64,000 nucleotides of DNA from Kiritimatiellia bacterium (lineage in GTDB: Bacteria > Verrucomicrobiota > Kiritimatiellia > UBA8416 > JABMPJ01), in assembly GCA_030745755.1 (NCBI GenBank), contig JASLOA010000034.1:10071-74070 (forward strand), written 5' to 3'. The notes below the pieces were generated by a model, which worked only from the letters and a program-made list of their open reading frames with translations, was not told where the DNA came from and made no database searches. The translations under genes were made by a program, and so were the position numbers. This document shows positions 1-8,519 of the stretch, piece after piece. Position 1 is the first letter of the stretch. Every line of letters starts with the position of its first letter.

Positions 1-1247
1 TCCTTCTGTCCGTAGTCCTTCGCCAGTGCCCAGAGCGCGAGGCGCAGGCCGACATCCTGCTTGTTGCGCGGGTGGATGTCTTTGGCTTCGCCGATATCGG
101 TAATAACCGCCATGCCGACATTGGGGATAGTCAGGCACTGGCTCTGGGCTTCACGAGTCTTGGCCCAGCCGTCGCCGCCGGCAGGGGCATCAGTGGCCTG
201 CTTGAAGTTGGCGAGCTGCACGAAGTAGAACGGAAACGCGCCTTGGTTCCACAGTTTGCGCCAGCCGCCGATGAGGGCCTGCTTCTTGTGGAAGTAGGAG
301 ACACCCTCGCCGCCGTTGGACTCGCCCTGGTACCAGATGGCGCCGCGGATGGCATAAGGAATGAGCGGGTGAATCATGGCGTTGTAGATGCGCGTGGGAT
401 CCTGGTGGCTGCCGCCGACACGCGGGGGAGTGGGCAGGGGGGGAGGGCACTGACCCTCAGCCACCTTCGTCTTCGCTTCGGCGCTCCAGGTATCTACCTT
501 TGCAATGAGTGTCTCATAGGCCGCCTTGCCGACCGCGGTGCCTGGCAGTGTGGCGTCCACCCGTGCCGAGATGTCGCTCAGTTCGGGGATGGCACGGAAC
601 CCGACCGGTGGCGTCCAGGGTTCAACGCGCGTGCCGCCCCAGTTGGAGCCGATCAGGCCGATCGGAATGGCGAGTTCGGCGTGGAGCTTACGGGCAAAGA
701 AGTAGCCCACGGCAGTGAAGCCACCGGCGGTCGAAGGGGAGCACACCTGCCATTCGCTCTTGAGATCGGCGAGTGGAACATCTGTTGCGACATGACCCAC
801 CTTCATGTGGCGAATCAGCGGGAAGGTGGCGGCAACGATCTCCTCCTTGCTGTTCTTGATCCCGCTCATGGTCCATTCCATGTTCGATTGACCGGAGCAG
901 ATCCATACTTCACCGACCACAACGTTGGCGAGGGCGACCGGCTGGCCGCTTTTGGATGACGCTTTCAGAACGCGTCCCTCACCCGAGGCCGGCATCGCCG
1001 CCAGCTTCACCATCCATTTCCCGTTCGCGCCGGCCGTGGCCGAGACGGACTGACCGCCAAACGCAACCGTGACGACCTCACCAGGATCAGCCCAACCCCA
1101 GACCGGTACCTCCATCTCGCGCTGCAAGACCATGTTATCCGTGAAGAACCCCGGCAGCCGCGGCGCGGCCATGGCGGTGGTCGTGATCAGAAGTCCCACC
1201 AGGACGAAGCGGGAGAGACGGCGATGTGAGACGCGGATGCGGTTCAT
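1..1247 (-). CDS. Sialate O-acetylesterase-like SGNH/DUF303 hydrolase; start at 1247 with signal peptide, C-terminus runs off the window edge
   Basis: Manual minus-strand translation: MNRIRVSHRRLSRFVLVGLL...GEVWICSGQSNMEW...GSNWGGTRVEPW...IWYQGESNGGEG; GQSNM and WYQGESN motifs typical of 9-O-acetylesterase family. Absent from the ORF track because there is no stop inside the window. Confidence 0.7.
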   Translation of the reverse strand, partial: MNRIRVSHRRLSRFVLVGLLITTTAMAAPRLPGFFTDNMVLQREMEVPVWGWADPGEVVTVAFGGQSVSATAGANGKWMVKLAAMPASGEGRVLKASSKSGQPVALANVVVGEVWICSGQSNMEWTMSGIKNSKEEIVAATFPLIRHMKVGHVATDVPLADLKSEWQVCSPSTAGGFTAVGYFFARKLHAELAIPIGLIGSNWGGTRVEPWTPPVGFRAIPELSDISARVDATLPGTAVGKAAYETLIAKVDTWSAEAKTKVAEGQCPPPLPTPPRVGGSHQDPTRIYNAMIHPLIPYAIRGAIWYQGESNGGEGVSYFHKKQALIGGWRKLWNQGAFPFYFVQLANFKQATDAPAGGDGWAKTREAQSQCLTIPNVGMAVITDIGEAKDIHPRNKQDVGLRLALWALAKDYGQK

Positions 1248-1532
1248 ATGGAGCTCCTTTGTTCTTATGGTCCGGGCCCGTCAAGGGGTGGTAGGGCGCG
1301 GCGGGACGCCACGCCCTACCATCTGTTGCTGCCCCGTGTCGGACAAGATCTCGTTACTGCTGTGAAATGACGAGCCCAAGGTAGCTGGTGGGCGGACGGC
1401 ACACAACCCCTTTTGCTTTCTCTTTTCCCTGGACTATCCCCACTTCTTCTAGACCAACACTCTGGAAACGCTAGTAAACAAAGGCCTATCTTTCTTCAGG
1501 ATCTGGTGGAGCCAACGGACCAAGTTGAAGGA

Positions 1533-1612
1533 GGAGATGCCTCGGCTACGCTCGGCATGACAGAAAACGCTAAGGAACTGTCATCCCGAGCGAAGCCGAG
1601 GGATCTCCTATG
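1533..1612. repeat. Family-1 palindromic dispersed element (gagatgcctcggctacgctcggcatgaca ... tgtcatcccgagcgaagccgagggatctc)
   Basis: Near-identical copies at 51420-51500 and 60801-60920; related variants at 25093, 26266, 42311, 62206. Confidence 0.8.
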
Positions 1613-1793
1613 TCTCAAACTTCCAGAAATTGGGGAATGTCCACCTCTTTTCCCTATTGTTGAAAGGTGAGCCGGATGGTATCATTCCGGGTGTTGTGAG
1701 AAGACTGTACAAAGCGATGCACCTTGCACTGGCTGGCTGGATGAGCCTGGTGGGGCTTGTTTCCGGTGTCAGCGCATTCTCCTTTTTTAGCAG

Positions 1794-2210
1794 ATGAATA
1801 CCGCAATCCATAGATTAGCTGTTTGGCCTCTGGTGGTTCTTCTTGCCCTACAGGGGAGCTTGTGTTTCTGTGGCCCCTTGTGTGATCTGCAGGCTGAGTC
1901 AGCACCTTCCGTGGCTACTGAGTCAGCACCGTCAGGGTGTGGGTGCTGTAGTGAGAACGATGCTGAGAATGCCTCACAGGCGGACGATGCTTCCTGCTGT
2001 AGCTGCTGTGCGGAATCACCGTTGGAGGAAATGCCAGCCGGTGAATCAGTAGTCTTCCAAAATATCCTCAATCCTCTCTTTGATTTGCATGGCAAGGGTC
2101 AGACGATCCAAACAGTGCATATCCCTCCTTCCGGAACAGAGTCGCTGACGCGTGAGTTTGCGCAACAAGGGCGGCACTGCTACCTGCGCTTCGAAGTCCT
2201 GAGAGTCTGA
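1794..2210 (+). CDS. Small secreted Cys-rich protein (signal peptide then CGCCSEND...CCSCCAES) in a lower-GC segment upstream of the efflux operon
   Basis: ORF of 138 aa; N-terminal hydrophobic signal; Cys cluster; local GC is lower than surroundings; no recognisable family. Confidence 0.4.
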   Translation: MNTAIHRLAVWPLVVLLALQGSLCFCGPLCDLQAESAPSVATESAPSGCGCCSENDAENASQADDASCCSCCAESPLEEMPAGESVVFQNILNPLFDLHGKGQTIQTVHIPPSGTESLTREFAQQGRHCYLRFEVLRV

Positions 2211-2291
2211 TACCCTCCGTTCGATCGGTATCTGGATTCGATTTCTTTTGGCGGACCCTAGAGTTCCGCTGCATTCAAACAGGACTTCACC

Positions 2292-3593
2292 ATGGAAAAT
2301 CAAACAAAACCCTCGGTGCCAGAGTATCTGGCCGCGCCGCAAGCTGCGCAAGCAGGCGGGCAGACCGCGCCGCAAGCAGGCGGGTCAGAGGACTTACGCG
2401 GGCGGCACGCGCGAGGTCGATGGCGAACGCTGCTTCTGAGCGGCACACTGCTGCTGGGGATGCTGGCTGCGCTCTGGCTGGTTTTTCGTGATCAGCTTAC
2501 GGTTGCCATTCCCGTCGATGTTGGCACCGTGATCCTGCTGGAGCGGGAGGGCTCGGGAACTGCGACGGCTGTATCTGGCGAGCGTGAGCTGCTCTTCCAG
2601 GCGTCCGGCTGGCTGGAGCCTGATCCCTGGCCTTTCAATAGTGCCGTTCTGACGGATGGCTTTGTTCAGGACGTCTTCGTCAGAGAGGGCGAAGCGGTCA
2701 CGAACGGCCAGGTCCTGGCGCAACTTGACCCCGCCGATGCTACGTTGGCCAAACGGCACGCTGAGGCGGGTGTTCAGCGAGCAAGCGCGAAGCTCGAAGA
2801 GGCTCGGGATTCGTGGCAGCGTATCGGGGCCCTTGCTGAGCGTGACACAACGGCTTCTGAACGTACGGCAGCCGAGCAGGCTCTGGCTGCCAGAGTGGCA
2901 GAGCTGTCGGCTGCGAGTGTGGAACTTGAAACGGCGCAGTTGGCGCTGGACCGTACCGTCATCCGGGCCGACCGGGACGGCATCGTATTGCGGCGCTTCG
3001 TGGAGCCGGGGCAGAAGCGGCGGGCGGCGATGGATGATCCGAACAGTGCTGTGATTGTGTCCCTCTTTGATCCACAGCATCTACAGGTACGTGTCGATGT
3101 CCCGCTGGCGGAAGCAGGGCGGCTCTTTATCGATCAGCCGACGCGTGTTTCGACGGCCATGCTTCCCGCTGGCCTGTTCACCGGGCGCGTGACTCGCATT
3201 GTCGGGCAGGCCGATATCCAGCGGAATACGCTTCAGGTTAAAGTGGCCGTGATAGACCCGGATCCTCGCCTGCGTCCCGACGTGCTGTGCCGCGTCGAAT
3301 TCTGGAGCGATGCCAGTGATTCTGGTGCCGGAGACGAGTCGGCAGATCGCCACGCGCTTTGGATTCCCGAGGCAGCCCTGCAGGATGAGGACGCAGCGGA
3401 ACAGAGTGTATGGGTGGTCGACCCGATGTCGCAGCGTGCCCACGAGCGGGCCATTCGGGTGTCGCGCACAGAGTCCCATGGATACCGGCTGTTACTGGAC
3501 GGTCTGCGCGCTAATGAAACCGTTGTCCTTGGCGAAACCGTCGCCCTTGAAGAGGGGTGCCGCGTCAGGAGAAAGACAGATAATGAACGATAA
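2292..3593 (+). CDS. HlyD-family periplasmic adaptor (membrane fusion protein) of the MacA type
   Basis: N-terminal cytoplasmic tail plus TM helix; FVQDVFVREGEAVTNGQVLAQLD and coiled-coil ...LETAQLALDRTVIRADRDGIVLRR motifs. Confidence 0.85.
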   Translation: MENQTKPSVPEYLAAPQAAQAGGQTAPQAGGSEDLRGRHARGRWRTLLLSGTLLLGMLAALWLVFRDQLTVAIPVDVGTVILLEREGSGTATAVSGERELLFQASGWLEPDPWPFNSAVLTDGFVQDVFVREGEAVTNGQVLAQLDPADATLAKRHAEAGVQRASAKLEEARDSWQRIGALAERDTTASERTAAEQALAARVAELSAASVELETAQLALDRTVIRADRDGIVLRRFVEPGQKRRAAMDDPNSAVIVSLFDPQHLQVRVDVPLAEAGRLFIDQPTRVSTAMLPAGLFTGRVTRIVGQADIQRNTLQVKVAVIDPDPRLRPDVLCRVEFWSDASDSGAGDESADRHALWIPEAALQDEDAAEQSVWVVDPMSQRAHERAIRVSRTESHGYRLLLDGLRANETVVLGETVALEEGCRVRRKTDNER

Positions 3594-4281
3594 CAGTAAT
3601 AGCATTATTCGCTGCCATAGACTTACGAAGCACTACCGCAAAGGCCAACGGACGGTTACACCATTGCAGGCTCTGGATCTGCATGTTGTGCCGGGGGAGT
3701 ATCTTGCTCTGATGGGGCCGTCAGGTTCCGGGAAGACAACGCTACTCAACCTTGTGGCCGGTATCGACTCACCCAGCGAGGGAACGCTGGAGGTGTGCGG
3801 CCAGGACATTACGCGACTGTCGCGGGGCCGGTTGGCCCGCTGGCGTGCGCATCATGTTGGCTACATCTTTCAGCTCTACCATCTGGTACCCGTGTTGACC
3901 GCGTTTGAGAATGTTGAGCTGCCACTGTTGCTGGACGACATGTCCCGGCGAGAGCGGCGCGAACGTGTGGAAAGCACACTGGCGTTGGTTGGACTCGATG
4001 ACCGTATGCACCATTTTCCGCGTGAGCTCTCCGGAGGGCAGGAGCAGCGCGTTGCAATCGCCCGGGCACTGGTCGCATCACCGGAATTGCTGGTGGCTGA
4101 CGAGCCGACCGGGGACCTCGACCGTGAAGCTGCTGATGCCGTACTGCAACTGCTGCACGGGCTTTCTGCCGATCATGGCAAGACCATTGTGATGGTGACG
4201 CACGATCCGCGCGCCGCCAAAGCAGCCGACCGGGTATTGCACCTGGAGAAGGGGCGTCTGCTCGAACAGGAGACCGCATAG
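3583..4281 (+). CDS. ABC transporter ATP-binding protein (MacB/LolD-like)
   Basis: Walker [10 protein letters not shown], signature LSGGQEQR, Walker [13 protein letters not shown]; in-frame ATG at 3583 just after the adaptor stop. Confidence 0.85.
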   Translation: MNDNSNSIIRCHRLTKHYRKGQRTVTPLQALDLHVVPGEYLALMGPSGSGKTTLLNLVAGIDSPSEGTLEVCGQDITRLSRGRLARWRAHHVGYIFQLYHLVPVLTAFENVELPLLLDDMSRRERRERVESTLALVGLDDRMHHFPRELSGGQEQRVAIARALVASPELLVADEPTGDLDREAADAVLQLLHGLSADHGKTIVMVTHDPRAAKAADRVLHLEKGRLLEQETA

Positions 4282-4283
4282 CC

Positions 4284-5435
4284 ATGCTTGCCAAAGCTCT
4301 CAGATTGACCGTCCTCGCGACGAAGCAGCTCGTACGTCATCGTGTGCGGACGTTGCTTACGCTGTGCGGCGTGGCTTCCGGCATGTTCCTGTATACGACG
4401 GTTCAGACTATGCAGCATTCGCTGGACAAGGCCACACGCATGCGCGCGGCCGATACGACGCTGGTGGTTTACCGCGAGAACAGGTTCTGTCCCGAGACCA
4501 GTCGCCTGCCGGAGTTCTACGAGAACGAAATCCGCAGCATTCCCGGTGTACGCGAAGTGATCCCCATCAAGGTTACGGTCAACAATTGTGGGGCCAGCCT
4601 TGATGTCATCACATTCCGCGGTGTTCCGCAGAAGCAGTTGGCGCGCTACGCTCCGGAGATCAAGATCATCGATGGATCGCTCGACAAGTGGGCGTCTCGT
4701 GATGATGGTGCCCTGGTCGGGAAGCATCTTGCCGCTAAGCGCGGGCTTAAGCCCGGCGACGCGTTCGAGGCCGTCGGCGTTCGGGTCATCGTCTGCGGCA
4801 TCATTGATTCGCCGCTTCCGCAGGATAACAGTGTGGCCTACGTCCATCTGCCGTTTCTGCAGCAGGCTTCGCGACACGGATTGGGTGTTGTCACACAGTT
4901 CAATGTCCGCGTGAACTCAAGCGAGGACCTGGATCCGGTGGCGGAGGCGATTGATGCCCGTTTCCGAACCGAGACGGATCCCACTACCACTCAGCCTGAG
5001 AAGGTGTTTCTGGCGCAGACGGCGAGCGAGCTGATCGACCTCATTGGTTTCACGCGTTGGATTGGCTTGGGCGCGGTGTTGGCGGTGCTGGGGCTGATTG
5101 GCAATGCCGTTCTACTCGTTGTGCGGGGACGGGTTCGGGAGAACGCCGTGTTGCAGACCGTGGGGTTTCCCGGCCTGGCGGTTGGCTACGTGGTGCTGTC
5201 TGAAGGCGCCCTTTTGGGGGCGGCCGGCAGCATCGTTGGGGCCGGACTCGCAACGGTGTTCCTGTCGTGGCGCAGTTTTACGTTCGGGAATGAGGGACAG
5301 ACCCTGGCACTTGTACCCAGTGCAGGGCTCTTTGTGACCGGCATAGGTCTCGCTCTGCTTCTGGGAATGCTGGCGGCGCTCTGGCCGGCATGGGTGGCGA
5401 TGCGCAAACCCATCGTAGAAAGCCTGAGGAGTTAA
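4284..5435 (+). CDS. FtsX-like ABC permease (MacB-type, 4 TM)
   Basis: 383 aa; N-terminal TM, large periplasmic domain, C-terminal FtsX-like TM bundle. Confidence 0.8.
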   Translation: MLAKALRLTVLATKQLVRHRVRTLLTLCGVASGMFLYTTVQTMQHSLDKATRMRAADTTLVVYRENRFCPETSRLPEFYENEIRSIPGVREVIPIKVTVNNCGASLDVITFRGVPQKQLARYAPEIKIIDGSLDKWASRDDGALVGKHLAAKRGLKPGDAFEAVGVRVIVCGIIDSPLPQDNSVAYVHLPFLQQASRHGLGVVTQFNVRVNSSEDLDPVAEAIDARFRTETDPTTTQPEKVFLAQTASELIDLIGFTRWIGLGAVLAVLGLIGNAVLLVVRGRVRENAVLQTVGFPGLAVGYVVLSEGALLGAAGSIVGAGLATVFLSWRSFTFGNEGQTLALVPSAGLFVTGIGLALLLGMLAALWPAWVAMRKPIVESLRS

Positions 5436-5439
5436 CGTC

Positions 5440-6591
5440 ATGTTGCCAATAGGATATGCTATACGAAACCTCTTCCGGGACCCCGCACGTCTGCTGCAGA
5501 CCGTACTGGGGAGCGGGCTGGTCGTACTCATGGTCATGGTTGCCGCCGCCATTAACGGTGGCATGAAGGATGTACTCTCCACATCAGGCTCTCCCGACAA
5601 CGTGCTGTTGCTGGGGGCGGGCAGCGAAGAGAGTGTGCTGCGTAGTGAAATCGCCGAGCGCGCGGCAGGTATTGCCGAGGCAAGCCTCACGGGGGTGGGG
5701 GCCGTTGCCGGTGTACGCGCCATCTCGCCCGAGGTGCACCAGATGACGTTCATAGCGGTGGACGAAGGCGAGCGCCAGCAGGCGTTTGTGCGGGGCGTTA
5801 CGCCCCGGTCACTGCTGGTCCATCGTGGCATGGTGATGCAGGAAGGGCATTTCCCTAAATCGGGTGAGATTATGGTCGGAAGACTGGCCTGGAAGCGGCT
5901 TGGACTGAGCGCTGACGATCTGCGTCCGGGAAAGAGGATTGTTGTTGAGGATGTGTCGACAACGGTCTCCGGTGTCTTTGTCGCACCGGGTACGGTTATG
6001 GAGTCCGAGGTATGGATGCCGCTTGGTGATCTGCGTTCGCTGTCGCTGCGGGAAAACCTGAGCTGCGTCGTACTGCGACTGGATGAGGGTGAGTTCAGTG
6101 ACGTGGATCTCTTCACGAAGCAACGCCTCGACCTGGAACTCGCCGCATTGCGTGAGAGTGACTACTTCGCCCGCCTGTCGGCCTTCTATGCTCCCGTACG
6201 GGGTATGGCCTGGATGACGGCGATTCTGATCGCCACCGGCGCCGTGCTGGGAGGATTGAATACGCTCTATGCGGCTTTTGCGCCACGAATCCGCGAGATC
6301 GCTGCTTTGCAGGCGATTGGCTATGGGCGAGGCCCGATTATGTTCTCGCTGGTACAGGAGTCCACCATGGCGTGCCTATGTGGAACCGTGTTAGCTGCGC
6401 TGCTGGCACTCTGGGTGGTGGATGGCATTACCGTCTCGTTTTCGATTGGCAGTTTTGTGCTGCGTGTTACGCCGGAGGTCGCCGCCTTTGGACTGTGCAC
6501 CGGCCTTGCCCTCGGTGTGCTCGGGGCGGTGCCTCCGGGGTTACGCTGCCTGCTGCCGCCGCTGCCCAGTGCTTTGCGGTCGGCAGGATGA
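5440..6591 (+). CDS. Second FtsX-like ABC permease
   Basis: 383 aa paralogous architecture; 4-nt spacing from the previous gene. Confidence 0.8.
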   Translation: MLPIGYAIRNLFRDPARLLQTVLGSGLVVLMVMVAAAINGGMKDVLSTSGSPDNVLLLGAGSEESVLRSEIAERAAGIAEASLTGVGAVAGVRAISPEVHQMTFIAVDEGERQQAFVRGVTPRSLLVHRGMVMQEGHFPKSGEIMVGRLAWKRLGLSADDLRPGKRIVVEDVSTTVSGVFVAPGTVMESEVWMPLGDLRSLSLRENLSCVVLRLDEGEFSDVDLFTKQRLDLELAALRESDYFARLSAFYAPVRGMAWMTAILIATGAVLGGLNTLYAAFAPRIREIAALQAIGYGRGPIMFSLVQESTMACLCGTVLAALLALWVVDGITVSFSIGSFVLRVTPEVAAFGLCTGLALGVLGAVPPGLRCLLPPLPSALRSAG

Positions 6592-6647
6592 AGGTCGTGA
6601 ATTGAACTGGATAATCAATACCGGGAACTAATAGAGGAGGATGAGAG

Positions 6648-7178
6648 ATGAAGACAGTGATGACGTTGGCGATGTGTGCTGGAATCTGCCTGATGGCCGC
6701 CTGCGGGAAGCAGGCTGAGCGGCCAAGCGCGGCACCTTCTATTGCAACACCGCGTGCCTTTGTAGCGGTGGAACCGGCGGGGAAGCCGACACCAATTCCA
6801 GAGGTGCGGAAAACGGCTAAACCCGGGGACGAGGTGCTCCTGAAGGGGCGTGTCATGGGGGTCCGCGATCCCTTTGTAGAGGGGCGGGCTGTCTTCGTGC
6901 TGGGTGACAACGATTCGATAACGCCCTGCAATGAAATGGGGTCTGAAGACCATTGCCCGCTGCCTTGGGACGCATGCTGCGACCCGATTGAGGCACGGAC
7001 GGCTGGTACGGCCACTATTCAGCTGCTTGGCGATGGGGGCAACGTGCTGCCGCACGGACTCAAGGGAGTGGGTGGATTGAAAGAACTCAGTAGCGTTACC
7101 GTCAGTGGCGTCGTCGCCCCGATGGCGACGGCCGAGGCCCTCATGATCAATGCAACGGCTGTCTACGTGGCTGAATAG
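6648..7178 (+). CDS. Lipoprotein with Cys/His-rich motif (CNEMGSEDHCPLPWDACCDP), possibly metal-binding
   Basis: Lipobox LMAAC-GK; embedded in the efflux operon. Confidence 0.6.
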   Translation: MKTVMTLAMCAGICLMAACGKQAERPSAAPSIATPRAFVAVEPAGKPTPIPEVRKTAKPGDEVLLKGRVMGVRDPFVEGRAVFVLGDNDSITPCNEMGSEDHCPLPWDACCDPIEARTAGTATIQLLGDGGNVLPHGLKGVGGLKELSSVTVSGVVAPMATAEALMINATAVYVAE

Positions 7179-7189
7179 AGGGGGACAAC

Positions 7190-8506
7190 GTGATTTCGGT
7201 ACGCTACATAGCGATTCTGTCGCTCGCCACAGCACTCTGTGCAACGGGAGGTGAGAGTGTGTCCAGCTGGGGGACGTTGCTGGGGAACCCAACGTTGGAC
7301 GACTGGATCCATGCTGCACTCACCGATGCCTCCTCTCTGGATGTTTCGCGGGCTGAGCTGCGCGTTGCCGCGGCGAACGGCCGCGCGGCACGTGCTGCTG
7401 GGCGGCCGACACTCGACGCACGCATGGACTTGCGTGAAGGGCGTCGCCGCAACTTGATGACGGGAGGTGTGACAGACGACCTTGACCCCATAGCGGCTGG
7501 CGTTGACGCCTCGTGGGAACTTGGTCTGTTTGGCCGGATCAGCTCGGCGGTCAACGCTGCGGAGTTTGCCGAGCTGGCCGGGGAGCATCACCTCCGGGAT
7601 CGTGAACTGGCGTTGGCTGCGGAGGTCGCCCAGCGTTACGTCGAGGGGCACTGCTTCTCAAAGCATCTCGCGATTCGTGAGGCGGCGGTTGCGGCCAACC
7701 AGGCGATTACCGACTACCTGGCCGGCAGGGTTGCTGCGGGACTGATGCGCCCCCAAGAGCAGGAGGCAGCTGACGCGGCGCGTTTGCTTGCTGAGCGGCG
7801 CGTTGCGGAGGCGCGGGAGGAACTTGGGGCTCTTGATGCGCGATGGCGCTACTTGCTGCCGAATGAGTCGATTCCGAGCGTAGGCTCAATAGCGTGTCCG
7901 CTGCCGGAGCCTCTGCCGGAGGTCCCGGACGGGAGTGCCCTTCATACCTATGTCCTGAGCCGGCCGGATGTGCAGGCCGCAGACGCGATATGGCGCGGGG
8001 CTGAGCAGAGCACGCAAGCAGAGGCGCGCGATCGGCGACCGGTGCTGACGGCCATCGCCTCCGTGGAGGGGGAGGGGCCCTCGCCGACGGAGAATCCGGA
8101 TGAGTGGATGGCATGGGCCGGGATACGTCTATCGCTTCCTGTTCTCGCCCCGAAGGCGGGCGCTGCCTTGAGGTCACGGCGCGCCGAGGAGGACGTTAAG
8201 GCCGCGCTCTACAATGAGACCGTGCGCCTGGGCCTGCTCGATATTCGTGAGGCCTTCGTTAAACGTGTTCACGCCGAGAAACGCTGGCAGGCCGCAAAGC
8301 AAGAAGCCATGCAACTCAGAGCGTCGCTTGAGTCGGCCGAGCGGCAGTATGAGCAGGGGCTTGAGTCGATCACCGTCCGTGAAAACGCCCGTCTCCGTTG
8401 GCTTCATGCCGATGAGCGGCGCCTACGGCTGCACGCCCTTGCCCTTCAGCGCCACATTGCCCTCGTGCGTGCCTGTGGCGGCCCCGGATTTGACCAGGGG
8501 GGATGA
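7190..8506 (+). CDS. TolC-like outer membrane efflux protein (OMF)
   Basis: 438 aa; signal peptide; repeated helical OEP-like halves; GTG start preceded by aggggga. Confidence 0.8.
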   Translation: MISVRYIAILSLATALCATGGESVSSWGTLLGNPTLDDWIHAALTDASSLDVSRAELRVAAANGRAARAAGRPTLDARMDLREGRRRNLMTGGVTDDLDPIAAGVDASWELGLFGRISSAVNAAEFAELAGEHHLRDRELALAAEVAQRYVEGHCFSKHLAIREAAVAANQAITDYLAGRVAAGLMRPQEQEAADAARLLAERRVAEAREELGALDARWRYLLPNESIPSVGSIACPLPEPLPEVPDGSALHTYVLSRPDVQAADAIWRGAEQSTQAEARDRRPVLTAIASVEGEGPSPTENPDEWMAWAGIRLSLPVLAPKAGAALRSRRAEEDVKAALYNETVRLGLLDIREAFVKRVHAEKRWQAAKQEAMQLRASLESAERQYEQGLESITVRENARLRWLHADERRLRLHALALQRHIALVRACGGPGFDQGG

Positions 8507-8519
8507 TTGATTGGATGGC

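Noticed and set aside
72-959. 295-aa + strand ORF at the window start
   Set aside because: Opposite-strand shadow of the sialate O-acetylesterase-like gene (1..1247, minus), which has clear catalytic motifs. The + product is low-complexity A/G/R-rich.
1413-1670. 85-aa ORF 1413..1670 (+)
   Set aside because: It spans the family-1 repeat element and a low-complexity region. There is no RBS and no plausible fold, so it is treated as non-coding.
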